A stretch of DNA of 63,937 nucleotides, filler included, from Octopus bimaculoides (GCF_001194135.2; 4 parts of 4 records of this genome joined end to end with filler, not necessarily neighbours in it); one strand, 5' to 3'. Shown: positions 25,866-38,479, counted from the whole stretch's first letter. Program-made: numbers and translations. The notes: generated from the letters alone by a model not told the origin.

Positions 25866-26027
25866 CATATATATACAATGAGAATGTGTGCTCAACACTG
25901 CAGTAATGGATAAATATTCTTTATTTACAGATTAACAAGGCAATCATTGGTTTCATATGGAAGAGATCTCCACAGCTATTCAAGCTCACCACTTTGGAGT
26001 CTTGATACTCATCTCCATTTTGGATAA

Positions 26028-26064
<37 letters not shown>

Positions 26065-26076
<12 letters not shown>

Positions 26077-26260
26077 AGCATGACTGTGTGGTTAAGTAAT
26101 TTACATTGTAACCACATGTTTTCAGATACAGTCCCACTGCACAACACCTTGAGCAGGTCCCCTCTGCTATTGAATTGGCATGAACAATGTCTTGTGAGTG
26201 GATGCAGTAAACAGAAACAACAGAAACCATGTGCATGCATATGAATGTGTGTAACCATTG
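26065..26260 (+). mobile_element. SINE family B head (decayed)
   Basis: GACTGTGTGGTTAAG..CAGTCCCACTGC..CACCTTGAGCAGG..TGTGAGTGGAT. Confidence 0.7.
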
Positions 26261-26724
26261 ATGTTTCCCTTCAAACCATTTGAGTAAAGTGGTGCTGATG
26301 TTGACTTTCTTTGACAGTATCACTTGTCACTTTCCAATTACAAAGACTGGTGGAATATGTAAATGCATTACCTGGCGAATAGATGAGAGTTGATGGTTGG
26401 ATGAGTATCCACCCATACCAGCCTCAAATTCAATTCCCTTCCGAGTCATGATAGCATAGAAAAACAAAAATTAAAACGAAACAAATGGACAAATACATGC
26501 TTGTGTGTTTGTGTGAATGTGTGTGTGTGTGTGTGTGTGTGTGTTTATGTTCAACAATGTAAAAAAAGCCAGAGGTGTATCAATAAAGGTAAGTTGCCTT
26601 TCAATGAAAATAGATAGATAAAATAAGCACAAAACTGAAGTAAGTAGTGGGGTTAATGAAATCAAAACCCTTGAAGGCAGCACCCCATCATGGTTGCAGT
26701 TCAATGGTAGAAACCAGCAAAGGC

Positions 26725-26965
26725 TATATATCTTTTATCTTTTACTTGATTCAGTCATTAGACTGCAACCATACTGAGGCATCACCTTGAAATTTTAGTC
26801 AAACGAATCGGGCCCAGCACTTATTATTATTTTTTTTTTTTGAGCCTGAAACTTATTCTATCACTCTCTTTTGCTTAATTGCTAAGTTACAGGGACGCAA
26901 ACACACCAACACCAGTTGTCAAGCAGTGGGTGGTGGGGGGACAGACACAGAGAGAAAGATACACA
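26725..26965 (-). mobile_element. SINE family B 3' half
   Basis: TTCAGTCATTAGACTGC..CTAAGTTAC..CCAGTTGTCAAGC. Confidence 0.8.
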
Positions 26966-26976
26966 CACACACACAT

Positions 26977-27007
<31 letters not shown>

Positions 27008-27169
27008 NNNNNNNNNNNNNNNNNNNNNNNNNNNNNNNNNNNNNNNNNNNNTTAATTAATTAANNNNNNNNNNNNNNNNNNNNNNNNNNNNNNNNNNNNN
27101 NNNNNNNTCCGTGACGGCCAGGTTTATGCTATTTATTATTGATGTTGTTTTATTGTCTATTTTGATTTT

Positions 27170-27176
27170 TGGGAGA

Positions 27177-27226
<50 letters not shown>

Positions 27227-27490
27227 TAGTTTTATTTTTATAACGTACTTTCACTTCACTACCGAGCGCATCTCTGTGTGCCTTGGGTATGTGCTGTGGT
27301 TTGCTGTGATGCTCTTATGGTTACTGTATTGAAAGTGTTTTGCGTACTATGTGTGCAGTGCCCAGTAGTGCAATTTTCTGTATGTTATATATATTTGTAA
27401 GTCCTGGTGTTTTTGTTATGTATTTTTGTGAATATTTTGTTATTATACCTAAGGAACCTACTATGATAGGAATTGTTTTTGTCTTTGTTT
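27170..27490 (-). mobile_element. 3' end of RLE-type (R4/Dong-like) LINE ending in (TAA)n
   Basis: IPIIVGSLGIITKYSQKY..IQKIALLGTAHIVRKTLSIQ* is a typical RLE C-terminus; short UTR then (AAT)n. Confidence 0.8.
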
Positions 27491-27539
27491 TATTATTATT
27501 ATTATTATTATCATTATGATTATTATTGTTGTTGTTGTT

Positions 27540-27720
27540 GTTGAGTGAGAGAGCAGTACATACAAACAAAAGTGACACTGCGGTACAAATGTTTGAAACC
27601 CAATATAATCATCATGGCTTCACGTCTGATAGGTGTACACCGGGCACATGTATCGCAACCATATGTGCGTGACATGGTGAGCACATATCAAGGTAAATCG
27701 CTCATGACCTTGCAGGCGAC
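27540..27720 (-). mobile_element. 3' fragment of non-coding element D
   Basis: GAGTGAGAGAGCAGT..AAAGTGACACTG..CCATATGTGCG..GACCTTGCAGG is homologous to 29221-29395; abuts (AAC)n/(AAT)n. Confidence 0.8.
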
Positions 27721-28989
27721 ATAGTAGTAGTGGTGGTAGTAGTAGTAGTGTTCTTGATGTTGTTTGACAATCGAAGTGTGAAGACATCGCTTATTTTTCT
27801 GTTTTCGAGACACAGTTTATTCAAGCATTACGATATGAAATTATCTCTGGAGTACTTGCAAAGTAGAAATATAATTAGATACGGAAAGCCTGCTATTAAC
27901 ACCTCAGGCTAAACAACTGTAATAAAAAAGTACGTGTGTTTAACAAACTTATACATTTTATTCTGACAATTCATACTGTGAGTTTCAAAATGGCCACGGT
28001 ACATGCTTTCTTTACATTACAACACGCCTACATGGACGCATACACAAGCGGCTTCACATAGATATATACATACACATGCACTTATAAACGTGCGCAAAAA
28101 TGTGCGTGAGTGTACCGCCAAAATGAATGCATTTAAAGAAGGCCAAGTGAATAGTTCAGCAACGAAGAGAAAGTGTTTCCTAAATACCCAATCACACACA
28201 TTTGAATATTCTATTACTCGTAACAACAGAGGTAGCAAATCTTACACGTTTTCAACGAAGGAAGATAAGGAAGAAAATGAAGTAGAACAAAGAAGGTACC
28301 AGAACATGTAGACAGGAAGAATTTATAAATCAGAGCTGTCTTCCTCTGCAACAAAGGACAGAATGTTAAAGGACAGAATCTGATTAAGTTTTCCCTTTCA
28401 TCAAGTATTACAACTAAATGTCCAGGATATACTGGGAGAAATTCTCTCCACTGGAAAAAAAAAAGAAAAGATTGCATGGCACTCTATTTTAAATTTTGCA
28501 CAGAAGAAGAATAAAAAAAACACAATGAAGAGAAGGAAAGGCACTGGCTCAAATTCTGATGATTATGTAATTATGTTCGTGAACATGGGTCTAAGAAATA
28601 TACACGATTTAAAATCAAAAAGCACAGGTGTAATCGTCATTAAAGTGATTAAAGCTGCAATGCATCAATGCTGGTGTTGATTTTCACTCTTGGTCACCTC
28701 AGTGATGAATGTACTTGTGCTTTTGGTTTCTACATTGCGAATAGCCAGCTTAATTAGTTTTTCCCTTCGCTATTTTACCGAATCAACCACTGATTGGTAT
28801 GTCATTGTCTTCATTGGTGAAGATTAATTCAATCAAAATTTGTCGATGATTTGACACTCCTCTCTTGTTGTACGGAGGTTGTCTCCTTTGTCAGTCAATG
28901 GATAAATGCTTCGCCCGTGGCCAAGAGTTATTTTGACTCTTACTTATAGCAAGAACTGTGCCGATTTGCGCTCATGTTTGTGCAAAGGT

Positions 28990-29185
28990 ATGGGTGAGTG
29001 GCATGCCTAGCAAAATGCTCAGCCACATTTCGTCCGGTTTGTTTTCTATCTTCAACTTATTCCGAGATTACCTTTGCCGTTCATCGTTATTGGGTTGATC
29101 AAATAAGTACCAGGTGAGAACAGGTGTCGATGTAATCCATTTGTCCATTTCCCCGAAATTACTGGCCATGTGCGATATTTTGAAA
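28990..29185 (+). mobile_element. SINE family A (degenerate)
   Basis: CTTTGCC..AAATAAGTACCAG..GTCGATGTAATC..TTTGAAAC. Confidence 0.65.
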
Positions 29186-29218
29186 CTATTATATCTATTG
29201 CTGTTGTTATTATTAGTA

Positions 29219-30171
29219 TTGAGTGAGAGAGCAGTGCATGCCATCAAAGTGACACTGGGGTAAAATATACCAAGTCCAGTATACCCATCATGACTACTTG
29301 TCTGATTAGGGTACACCAGGCACATGCATCACAACCATATGTGCGCGACATGGTGATCTTATATCAAGATTAACAGCGCATTGCCTTGCAGGTGGGACCC
29401 AGTTAGAATTTTCTTCATATCGAGTAGCCCATCCCGCTCAAAAGGTCCTTGAATAAAGCTTGTTTAAGGATGTTGAATGAAACATCCATTTTTCCAGACG
29501 GAAATTATTCAAATTCAAAAACAATTCCTCTCAACACGTGGCTATGATGCACCTCCACTACGGATGCTCGTGATCAGAGACGTACATATCGTCAGCCACC
29601 AAAGGACATACTCAACTGGTTCAAGTCAAACAACTGACAAGCAAATTGTTGTTGTTGGCACTCCGTCACTTACAACGTTGAGGGTTCTAGTTGATCCGAT
29701 CAACGGAACAGCCTGCTCGTGAAATTAACGTACAAGTGGCTGAGCACTCCACAGACACGTGTACCCTTAACGTAGTTCTCGGGGATATTCAGCGTGACAC
29801 AGTGTAACAAGGCTGACTCTTTGAATTACAGGCACAACAGAAACAGGATGAAAGAGTGCGAGAAAGTTGTGGTGAAAGAGTACATCAGGGTTCGCCACCA
29901 TCCCCTGCCGGAGCCTCGTGGAGATTTAGGTGTTTTCGCTCAATAAACACTCACAACGCCCGGTCTGAGAATCGAAACCGCGATCCTATGACCGCGAGTC
30001 CGCTTCCCGAACCACTGGGCCATTGCGCCTCTTGACAAGCAAATATATGGCAGAATATTTGCTGTAGCCCATCTCTTATACCAAGAAAAAAACAATGTAC
30101 ATGATAGCACTTCCAATCAGTTAAGATGCGAAGCCATGAGAGCCAGGGCCTGGTACTGCATCAGGGCATTT
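29219..30171 (-). mobile_element. Non-coding retroelement D (~560 bp), flanked on both sides by TTA-type arrays and split by a SINE
   Basis: No ORF; second partial copy at 27540; sequence resumes across the SINE insertion with a 12-bp TSD. Strand inferred from the shared tail-side end. Confidence 0.7.
29647..30032 (-). mobile_element. tRNA-derived SINE family C, full length, with TSD
   Basis: Head GAGGCGCAATGGCCCAGTGG (A box) and GGTTTCGATTCTC (B box) on the minus strand; TSD TGACAAGCAAAT at 29635-46 and 30033-44. Confidence 0.92.
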
Positions 30172-30244
30172 ACTATAATTATAATTATTATTACTATTTG
30201 TTGTTGTTGTTGCCGCTGCTGTTGCTGCTGCTGTTGCTGCTGCT

Positions 30245-30600
30245 GCTGTGTTACTTCACATAGTGCTCGTTCTTGTCGCTCTCTAGCGTCTGTGAGAGCA
30301 GACAACATCCTGCTGTCAGAGGTCTCACAGGATTTTTTTCCGGATACTATAAAATTTGGTATTTCGATGTTAATTATCAATTGAGACATTCAACATTCAA
30401 GTGCCAATCTCAGAACTCAGCAGCGCAGTTTTTTGGTCTAGTCCTTCTCTCATGTCAATTCCCAATTTTTTACCATATTTCTCGAACTTGTTTGCTGGTG
30501 CTCTTAGGGTTCCTGTAACTACTGGAATGACAGACACTCACCTCATAGTCCACGTTCTTGCAATGTCGGCTTTCAGTAGTCTGTTATGGTAATTGTAAAA
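30245..30600 (-). mobile_element. 3' end of another RLE-type LINE ending in (CAG/CAA)n
   Basis: LKADIARTWTMR*VSVIPVVTGTLRAPANKFEKYGKKLGIDMREGLDQKTALL. Confidence 0.75.
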
Positions 30601-31794
30601 TCAACATATGTGACTGTCCGACGATACACATCAGCTATGTTGACTTAACGCTTTTCTCCCACACGTACAAACACATCTCAGAATCATTATCCTCACATCA
30701 CTTTCGCTCTTTTTTCTATGTCTATTCCAAATTTAAGCCACATATTAATAATCGTTGTTCATTTAAAAACCCTGGAAGTGATTTTTTTCCATCATAATTA
30801 CAGTCACATGACTGAAACAAGATAAAAGAATTAAAGGTATATTACTCAGCTCTACTTTGGTGCGTAGTCTTAAACTTAGCTAAGGAGATCAATAACATCG
30901 AAACATACCTTGATTCACCTTGTCTTCTAAACAAGATTATAAGTGATATCAATAACTCATTATTGATATTCGTTTCCACTGCATACTTACTTTCCTTTTT
31001 TCTAATGCAGGAATCATTAATATATTAATGCTTCTTACATTAGTATTACAACAACTCTAATGCAAATAATCCGTTAAGTGTTCAATTATATTTCAGTGGT
31101 GTTTTTTAGTAATGAATCAAATCAGATTGACATCTGTTTCCCGTTCAAATTACGGTTTTTTTTACAAGTCGTATTGGTTTGTAATGTATTCACAAGACCA
31201 GTAATCAGACTCATATGTCTATAGTCGATAACATAGTTGTCAATAATTGGGTGAGCGCGTGATGTTTCTTGGTTTCAGATTGATGGTGTCAACGAGATTT
31301 TAGGTGACTTCTCAGAGAGACGCAAGAAATACCGCATGTATTTCTTCGAGACGAAAAGAAAATACACTTAACTGAATATACAGTAAACAAAAATTCATTG
31401 AGCAACGTAATGAGAAATAGGAGGTTATTTTGTTATTTGAGACAATTTTACAGTTAAATACAGAATTAGATGGGCAACGGAGACAAGACACAGATATGAA
31501 CGTGTGAACACTGATACCATATTTGAAGCCGTATATATTTCATATCCAACAAAAACCATTCAAAAGGAAGTGTATCTTTCTAATGCAGTACCGGATAAGA
31601 TATTTGGCTGCAGAATATACGACTACAAAATATTTGATGACTGGACTTTTGGACTGAGTCTGGCATGAATTCAAACAATAAAACGACAGCAGCCATAGCT
31701 GAAACTAATAATACTACTTCAAATACTACTACTGCAGCTGCCACTGCTGTCGCTGCTGCTGCTGTTAAGGTGTCTTCTAATATACGCGCCTGCC

Positions 31795-32090
31795 GTCCAA
31801 ACCACATTCAGTAAATTTGGATGACGGAAATTGAAAGAATCCCGCCGTATATATATATATATGTGTGTGTGTGTGTTTGTCTTTTTGTATGTGTTTGTCC
31901 CCACCATCGCCTGACAACCGGTATTGGTGTGTTTACATTCCCGTAACTTAGATTGATAGAATAGGTGCTAGCTTTAAAATATAATAAAAGAATGCACTGC
32001 AATCAATTCATTCGACTAAAGCTCTTGGAGGCGGTGCCCCAGCATGGCCGCAATTCGATAACTGAAGAAGTACAAGAGATAAAAGAGAGT
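31795..32090 (+). mobile_element. SINE family B lacking head
   Basis: GACGGAAATTGAAAGAA..(TA/TG)n..GACAACCG..CCCGTAACTTAG..CCCCAGCATGGCCGCA. Confidence 0.8.
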
Positions 32091-32852
32091 ATAAATTAAT
32101 GAAATGCACAAAGAAAGCGCGAATTTAGTGCAATCATCAGAGAACAAGGTTGTTACATGTATAGTATAGACGTACTAAAAGGGCAATATATACCTCGTCA
32201 TAGAGCAGTGTATTTTAACACAAATTTCACACTATAGAGTTCCTATAACAAGTTCATATGATAGAAATTTATTGTGGATGTAATTTTTCTGAAGAAAAAT
32301 GTGATAATTGAAGAAGAAGAAACAAGAGAAAGAAACGAACGAGTAAAATATGATGCTTTCTCCATCCGACAGAAGAGAGCAGTCACAATTTCCAGTGTCA
32401 GTCTTTTTTTCGTTACCATTCAGTGTGGCAAAAAGAGACCGATAGAATAAATAGTCTACTCGATCTTTCCGACTATAAAATATCTTTAAGGTGACGTCCC
32501 GGCAACACGCCACCATGAAGATTTCTTTTGCGTATTATTTAAATGACTAAAACATCTAATAATAAAAGATAGCAATAGATATATTATTATATCAAGTGTG
32601 TACGTATTTTTATATAAATATTATGTAGATGTATATAAAGCGTATGCATCCACACAACTTCATACTTCTATGAAAATACACCTTCATATACATCACAGTG
32701 TGCATTCATATACAGGAATATAACAATCTCCTGCTCTTTCTTTCCCTGTGTTTTGTGTATGCATCTACATTGCATGGATGTAGCTGTCTATCTATCTATC
32801 TGTCTATCTATCTTCCACTCTCTTCCTCTCTATGTTTCTATATACATATACC

Positions 32853-32938
<86 letters not shown>

Positions 32939-34700
32939 TACATATATACATAAGTACATATATATACATACATACAAACACACATCTTTATGAGTGCGCG
33001 TGTGTGTGAGTATCTAAATCAATACAAATTAATAAAAATACACACACCTAGCGACATAGGAAGCATAGTGGAAGACGCACCACGTAAGTATTTCCTGTTA
33101 TTTTATGTATTACACATGTATTCCTCCTTCATATTAACTCTTCTGCTTGAAGCCTGCCTGCAGCTGCGCTCGCGATCAATAAATAATGTTCAAATTATTT
33201 TGTTTCTTTCCTTTCCGAAGACTAAACATAAGTAGCGTAGTTGCAAACCAGAAGAGCGATCCATTTTCTATTTATGAAAAGGTATCTTCGTTCAGTGTAG
33301 ATTAAAATTGCAAAATAGAACACCAAGTTTATTTCACATTTACACTATAAGTAGAAAATTGTTTCTCTTTTTCTGCTTATTACATATAGTTGAGGCTTGT
33401 TATTTTTTCTTTTTTTTAAATCCATCTCCTTCCGTATATATGTATGTTTTCAAGTTCTGTCTACCGCAAAGAATGCACAGACTCACGCACAACAAACACA
33501 GAAATTCGCGTGACTAGGCACACATACAAACACAGACGCACAGATACACACGCACACACACACAAACACACACAAATACACACTCATAAAATAAATCCAT
33601 GCTTAAATAGTACCAAACAAAATCTTCACTAGTGTTTCATAATTTCCTGTTTCTACAGCTAAAATTCAAACAGCATCTCTCATGCAACTGCTTAAAGAAT
33701 ATACAAAAATAATAAATTAATTTGCATGAAATAAATGCTTTTATTACGTTATAAATGTGTGTGTATATGTCGGTGCACGCGTATGTGAATCTGTGTATAT
33801 GTGTCTGCTTTCAGGTCATTTTCTTTTCATATGGTTGTTATATAATGCTTCCTTTTCACCACTGTCTTACCAACAATGTTGTGCTCATATCTGAAATTTA
33901 GCAATCTCTAAATTCATTTTCTTTTATTGAAAGAAATTTAAAAGTCATTTCGTGAAATGAAAATGCCTACAATTTGGCACGAAGCTGTTAATTCCATCCA
34001 TTGTTTAATATCATATATTTTTGAATAATAGTAATCTATTTCATTTAGGAAAATTCTATCCATAGCAAAAAGAATTCTTATAAATCTAGGTGAATTACGA
34101 GGTGAATTATAATGACAACTCAAATTCATAATAATTAACTACTATGTTTCTGATCAATATTGAAAATTCAGAATTCGTGGAAAGTAATGTGGAAAAATTT
34201 TCAATTGCTTTGCTATACATTTTGCCTATCTATATTAACTATTTTCAGCCCACACTCACCTCACATCTCTGTAGATAGCGCGCTTGATATTATTCAGCAT
34301 TTGTATATCTGAACTGATGTCCTGTAATTATTTGTATAATAATCTTCGCTTTTGTTTTTAAACATATGCACACGCAATGAAACAAAAATCACACAGTTTA
34401 AATAAATGGCTATTAGTATCAACACTCAGATGTACGTCTCTCAATCAAATAAATTATCTACTCTAAAGAGAGAGAGAGAGAGAGAGGTTATGAGATGTTA
34501 TGGTGTCAATAAGACCCAAAGGTGTCACGTAATACTGAGGAAGTGCTATGGGCAGACTATAGTTAGGCTCCAGGATCGGTGATTATGCGAGTGAGGAGTC
34601 CAACGTACGTCATATATCAGCATGTATATATATGAAAAAATTAACAGAATGAGATAAAAATCCGAGGCTGTAAAAGATTTCAGAACATTTATAAATAGTA

Positions 34701-34750
34701 GGTTTTACAGCTATTTCTGGGATATTTTATATTCCTTCATCGGAGACGGT
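34701..34750 (-). ncRNA. Degenerate minimal hammerhead ribozyme
   Basis: Minus strand: GTCT-CCGATGA-AGGAATATAAAATATCCCA-GAAA-TAGCTGTA-AAAC. Confidence 0.45.
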
Positions 34751-35240
34751 GTGCGAAAATGGTTAAGCAAGAATTATTCTAGATAAGATATGAAATATAG
34801 AGTGAAGTGGAGGAATGAAAATAGACATGAGATATGCAGGGATATTGTATCTGTAGTTCCATTATTTAGGGAGAATGGTATATATATAAGATTCCTGTAC
34901 CTTGTGAGTAACTTCTAATAGTATCTAAATTGGTCATTCCAAGCATAATGTAAGGTATAAATTTCTCTTCTTTATGCTCATGTCAACAGCTCTTATTGTT
35001 TAGACACTTGGATTTCGAAACTCAAATTATTTTTTCTTTACGTATTTCAGACGTGAAATTTGCCTTCTGAAACTTGTAGGTCGTCCGACTGCTTAAATAT
35101 TTCTGAAACGTAGCTTTGTTTCACAGTTATATTCCTTGGTAGTCCAACTTTACATTCACCCATTAAATATGCATCACATTTCTCATAAAGAAAGAAAATG
35201 TACAATAGTCAAGAAATCCTATTTTATTTCCTATACTCAC

Positions 35241-35287
35241 TTCGTACCAAACTCAACAAAATTCTTTCGGCAATGGGTAATATTTTG
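35241..35287 (-). other. Candidate 47-nt exon
   Basis: Acceptor TATCTGTTTCTTTTAG and donor GTGAGTAT; open as QNITHCRKNFVEFGT or KILPIAERILLSLVR. Confidence 0.3.
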
Positions 35288-35828
35288 CTAAAAGAAACAG
35301 ATAATTAAAATTGAGAAATACATGGAAAAAAGATGGAATTACCAGCTTTATGTCTAAGTCTAGGCATTTTATTTCATATGATGACTTTTAAATTCCCTAA
35401 AAAAAACCCAGAAAAGAACAACATAAAACGAATTCAGAGGTTGATAACTTTCAGATATGAACACGGCTATGTTGGTGAGGTAATGATGAACAGGATTTAT
35501 GGAATGCATTTCTTTAGACCCTGTATCTTGAAACTTCCTTGCCATATACAGGCACCTATGCAAATGATTCGAGCAGAGATGTGCAGAACGATACGCATAT
35601 ATATTGTCTACATGAAGACGAATGCATATGTTTTATAGATACATACATGCAATGCACCCACACCCACTCACACACAAACACACACACACATGATTATTGT
35701 GTGCGCCTGCGTATGTGTGTGAATGTCTGTAAGTATATGGAAAGTATTTATACTTGGTTTCTATATTCAGATTTTCCACATACATAGACATCCATGGATG
35801 CATCCATGTATATACATGCATACAAGCC

Positions 35829-35859
<31 letters not shown>

Positions 35860-36144
35860 CATTACATATATATATAGAGAGAGAGAGATAGAGAGAATAT
35901 ATATAGAATTATTTGTTATAATACATTTATATTTATCAGCGTGTATGTGTATGATTGTGTTTACGTGTGTGTGTATGTGTGTGTGTGTGTGTGTGAGTAC
36001 ATGGGGTGAGACAGAGTGTACGTACGTGTGTTTCCATTTTTACATTTAATGCTACGCCAAAGTCTTCATGTGGTACTGAGAAAGAAATTGGAGAAAAACG
36101 GAGAAGGAAAAAATATGCATTTGTTTAAGAAGACTGAGTTGAAC

Positions 36145-36380
36145 ATGATGACGCTGCTGCTGGTGGTTTTGGTGGTGGTGGTCGTGGCCGTGGTGGTGTA
36201 GAGGAATGAGATCAATATGGTGGTGGATGACGGCATCGATGATGTCGGCGATGGCGTTTATTATGATAGAGAATATGTTTTATCTGATGATGATGACGAT
36301 TTCGACGACGACGTCGACGATGATAATGATGGTGATGATGATGGTAGTGATGATGAAAGCATTGATGATGATAATAATGG
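36145..36380. repeat. Cryptic triplet repeat (GAT/GAC/GGT mixture)
   Basis: Directly visible runs of GATGATGACGAC and GGTGGT. Confidence 0.85.
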
Positions 36381-36688
36381 ATAAAAAACTTACATGATAT
36401 ATCAAGACTACGATATTACTTGAAAAATACACATGCAATATCGAATACATTGAATTAGTTTTAATAATAAATTTAATTTGATTTATATAAAAGAAAAAAT
36501 ATATTCCGCTCTCGATCTCTTTCTTCCAATCACTCACCCTCTTTACGTATGTTTCTCTCAATTTCCACGCGTAATCGCAAACACACAACACATACACATA
36601 GACACAAATTTAAACAGAGACACACACATATACATGCACCTAGATATGTACAAGTATCTATACACTCAAACACACACGAGCATATGAG

Positions 36689-36752
<64 letters not shown>

Positions 36753-36809
36753 CGTGCGTGCTTTTATGTNNNNNNNNNNGCTTTTATGTGTAATATGTAT
36801 GCATAAATA

Positions 36810-36855
<46 letters not shown>

Positions 36856-37446
36856 TTGTGTGTGTATATATATTTGTGTGTGTATATATATATATATATG
36901 TATATATGTATATAAATGTACATTATATGTATATATATATATATTTGTAGTAGTTTTATCTTCTGTTTGATACCATGATATATTTTTTAATATTTAAAAT
37001 AAAATTTAACCTGGAGACTTGAATACACATCTAATATCCTGAATGTAATAAAATGATACTGAACGCCATTTGGCTCATAATTTTTTTCGTTCGCTTTTAT
37101 TGTTTGCTCCTAAAATTTTATATGCATGAATATATGTTCGAGTCAGGAGTATTTTTGCTCGAAAGCTTTTAGTTTCATGTAATATGTTTCGTTTTATATT
37201 TGTTTTTTTATTAGTTTAATTGAATGTGCGTCGGAGAGAATGTCTTCCTTAACGCTACGTAAATATATCGTAAACTTACGTTAAGTGTTCAAGTACTACT
37301 CATGATGACTTGATGTTCTTTGATACGCCTCCAACGACTTGCACTGCTGTTCGTGTATGCGTGTCCATATATTCAAGTAGATTTCGTTCATAATAATTTG
37401 CGTTAAGCTTGTGTAATTTTACCTGATATAAATCCATTAATATCGG

Positions 37447-37892
37447 TTCCAAATTTGTTTTTTGCGGGGGAGGGGTTAAGGGTTGTTTAAATCGATTAAA
37501 ACGACCCAGTGTTCAACTGCTGCATAGTTTATCGACTCCAAGATGATGAACAGAGAAGTTTGCATCACCCAAATTTAGACCTAGAACGTGAAGACGGACA
37601 AAATGTTGCTAAGAATTTTGTTCGGCGTGTTAACGATTCGGCCAGCTCACCGTCTTCTAAAATCCATAATTATAATTATTTTCAAATTTTGGTAGAAGGC
37701 CAACAATTTTGGAGGAAGAGGTAGATCGATCACATCGATCCCGCTACTCAACTAATACCTATTTTATAAACCCCTAAAGGATGAAAAGCAAACTCTACAT
37801 CGGCGGCTTTTTAACTCATAACGTAAAGACGGACGAAATGCTGCTGAGCATTAATTATGGCCGACGTACGAATGATTCTGGCTGCTCGCCGC
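37447..37892 (-). mobile_element. Two tandem copies of SINE family A
   Basis: Heads at ~37655 and ~37892 on the minus strand; shared GTCCGTCTT..ACGTT core. Confidence 0.8.
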
Positions 37893-37989
37893 ATTCTTGA
37901 AACCATTAATGTTAAAGAAAAATAGTAACATATATTTGTATACAGCTTAACTTATTCCTATAACGCTGTGACAATTCAAATTGTCTTCC

Positions 37990-38260
37990 TTTTCTGTTCT
38001 AAATCTTTCATATTGTACTGCTATTTCCTCTACCAGATTCTACACCATGGTCTTGTCCATTTCCATTCTGGTAACACCGCTGTTGCATCCAACTATCGCT
38101 TTCAAATATTCTTACCGTCACTCCAACTACGTCATCTGTTGCGTCTCCTTCTCCCTTTTCAGTTCTTCACGTTGAAGCTATTCCGTGCGTCTTTTCTTCT
38201 GTCCATATTCTCTTCCACAGGTTAAACGATCTTCCACAGCCATTTGACATTTGCACGTTC
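37990..38260 (-). mobile_element. Highly decayed RTE LINE C-terminal fragment
   Basis: KWLWKIV..MDRRKDARN..KGRRRRNR*RSWSD resembles the RTE WLGHV..G.R.RGRP..RW.D block. Confidence 0.45.
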
Positions 38261-38444
38261 TTAGAATATTACTCTAATTTGTGACATACTCTTATTTTAA
38301 TATATCAGATGACATCGTTCTATTTACTATTTAGAGTGAAATACGTTAATTATTAATACTTCGACCACAATGCCAGCATATCAAATACGAGAGAATATGA
38401 AGTATGAGAATAATGGCAGGATCGAACTGATTAAAATGCGACAC

Positions 38445-38479
<35 letters not shown>

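Noticed and set aside
27051-27063. TTAATTAATTAA islands inside N runs (also ~45838 and ~59716)
   Set aside because: Identical 12-mer with stops in all six frames, always embedded in gaps: an assembly spacer, not biology.
29960-30031. tRNA gene (also 55200-55276, 53790-53860)
   Set aside because: A/B boxes belong to SINE heads that continue into SINE bodies with TSDs or tails.
30117-30389. PolyQ / polyC ORFs
   Set aside because: Translation of the (CAG/CAA)n LINE tail.
36206-36397. Met/Asp-rich ORF suggestive of a biomineral protein
   Set aside because: Simple GAT-type repeat with no splice or domain support.
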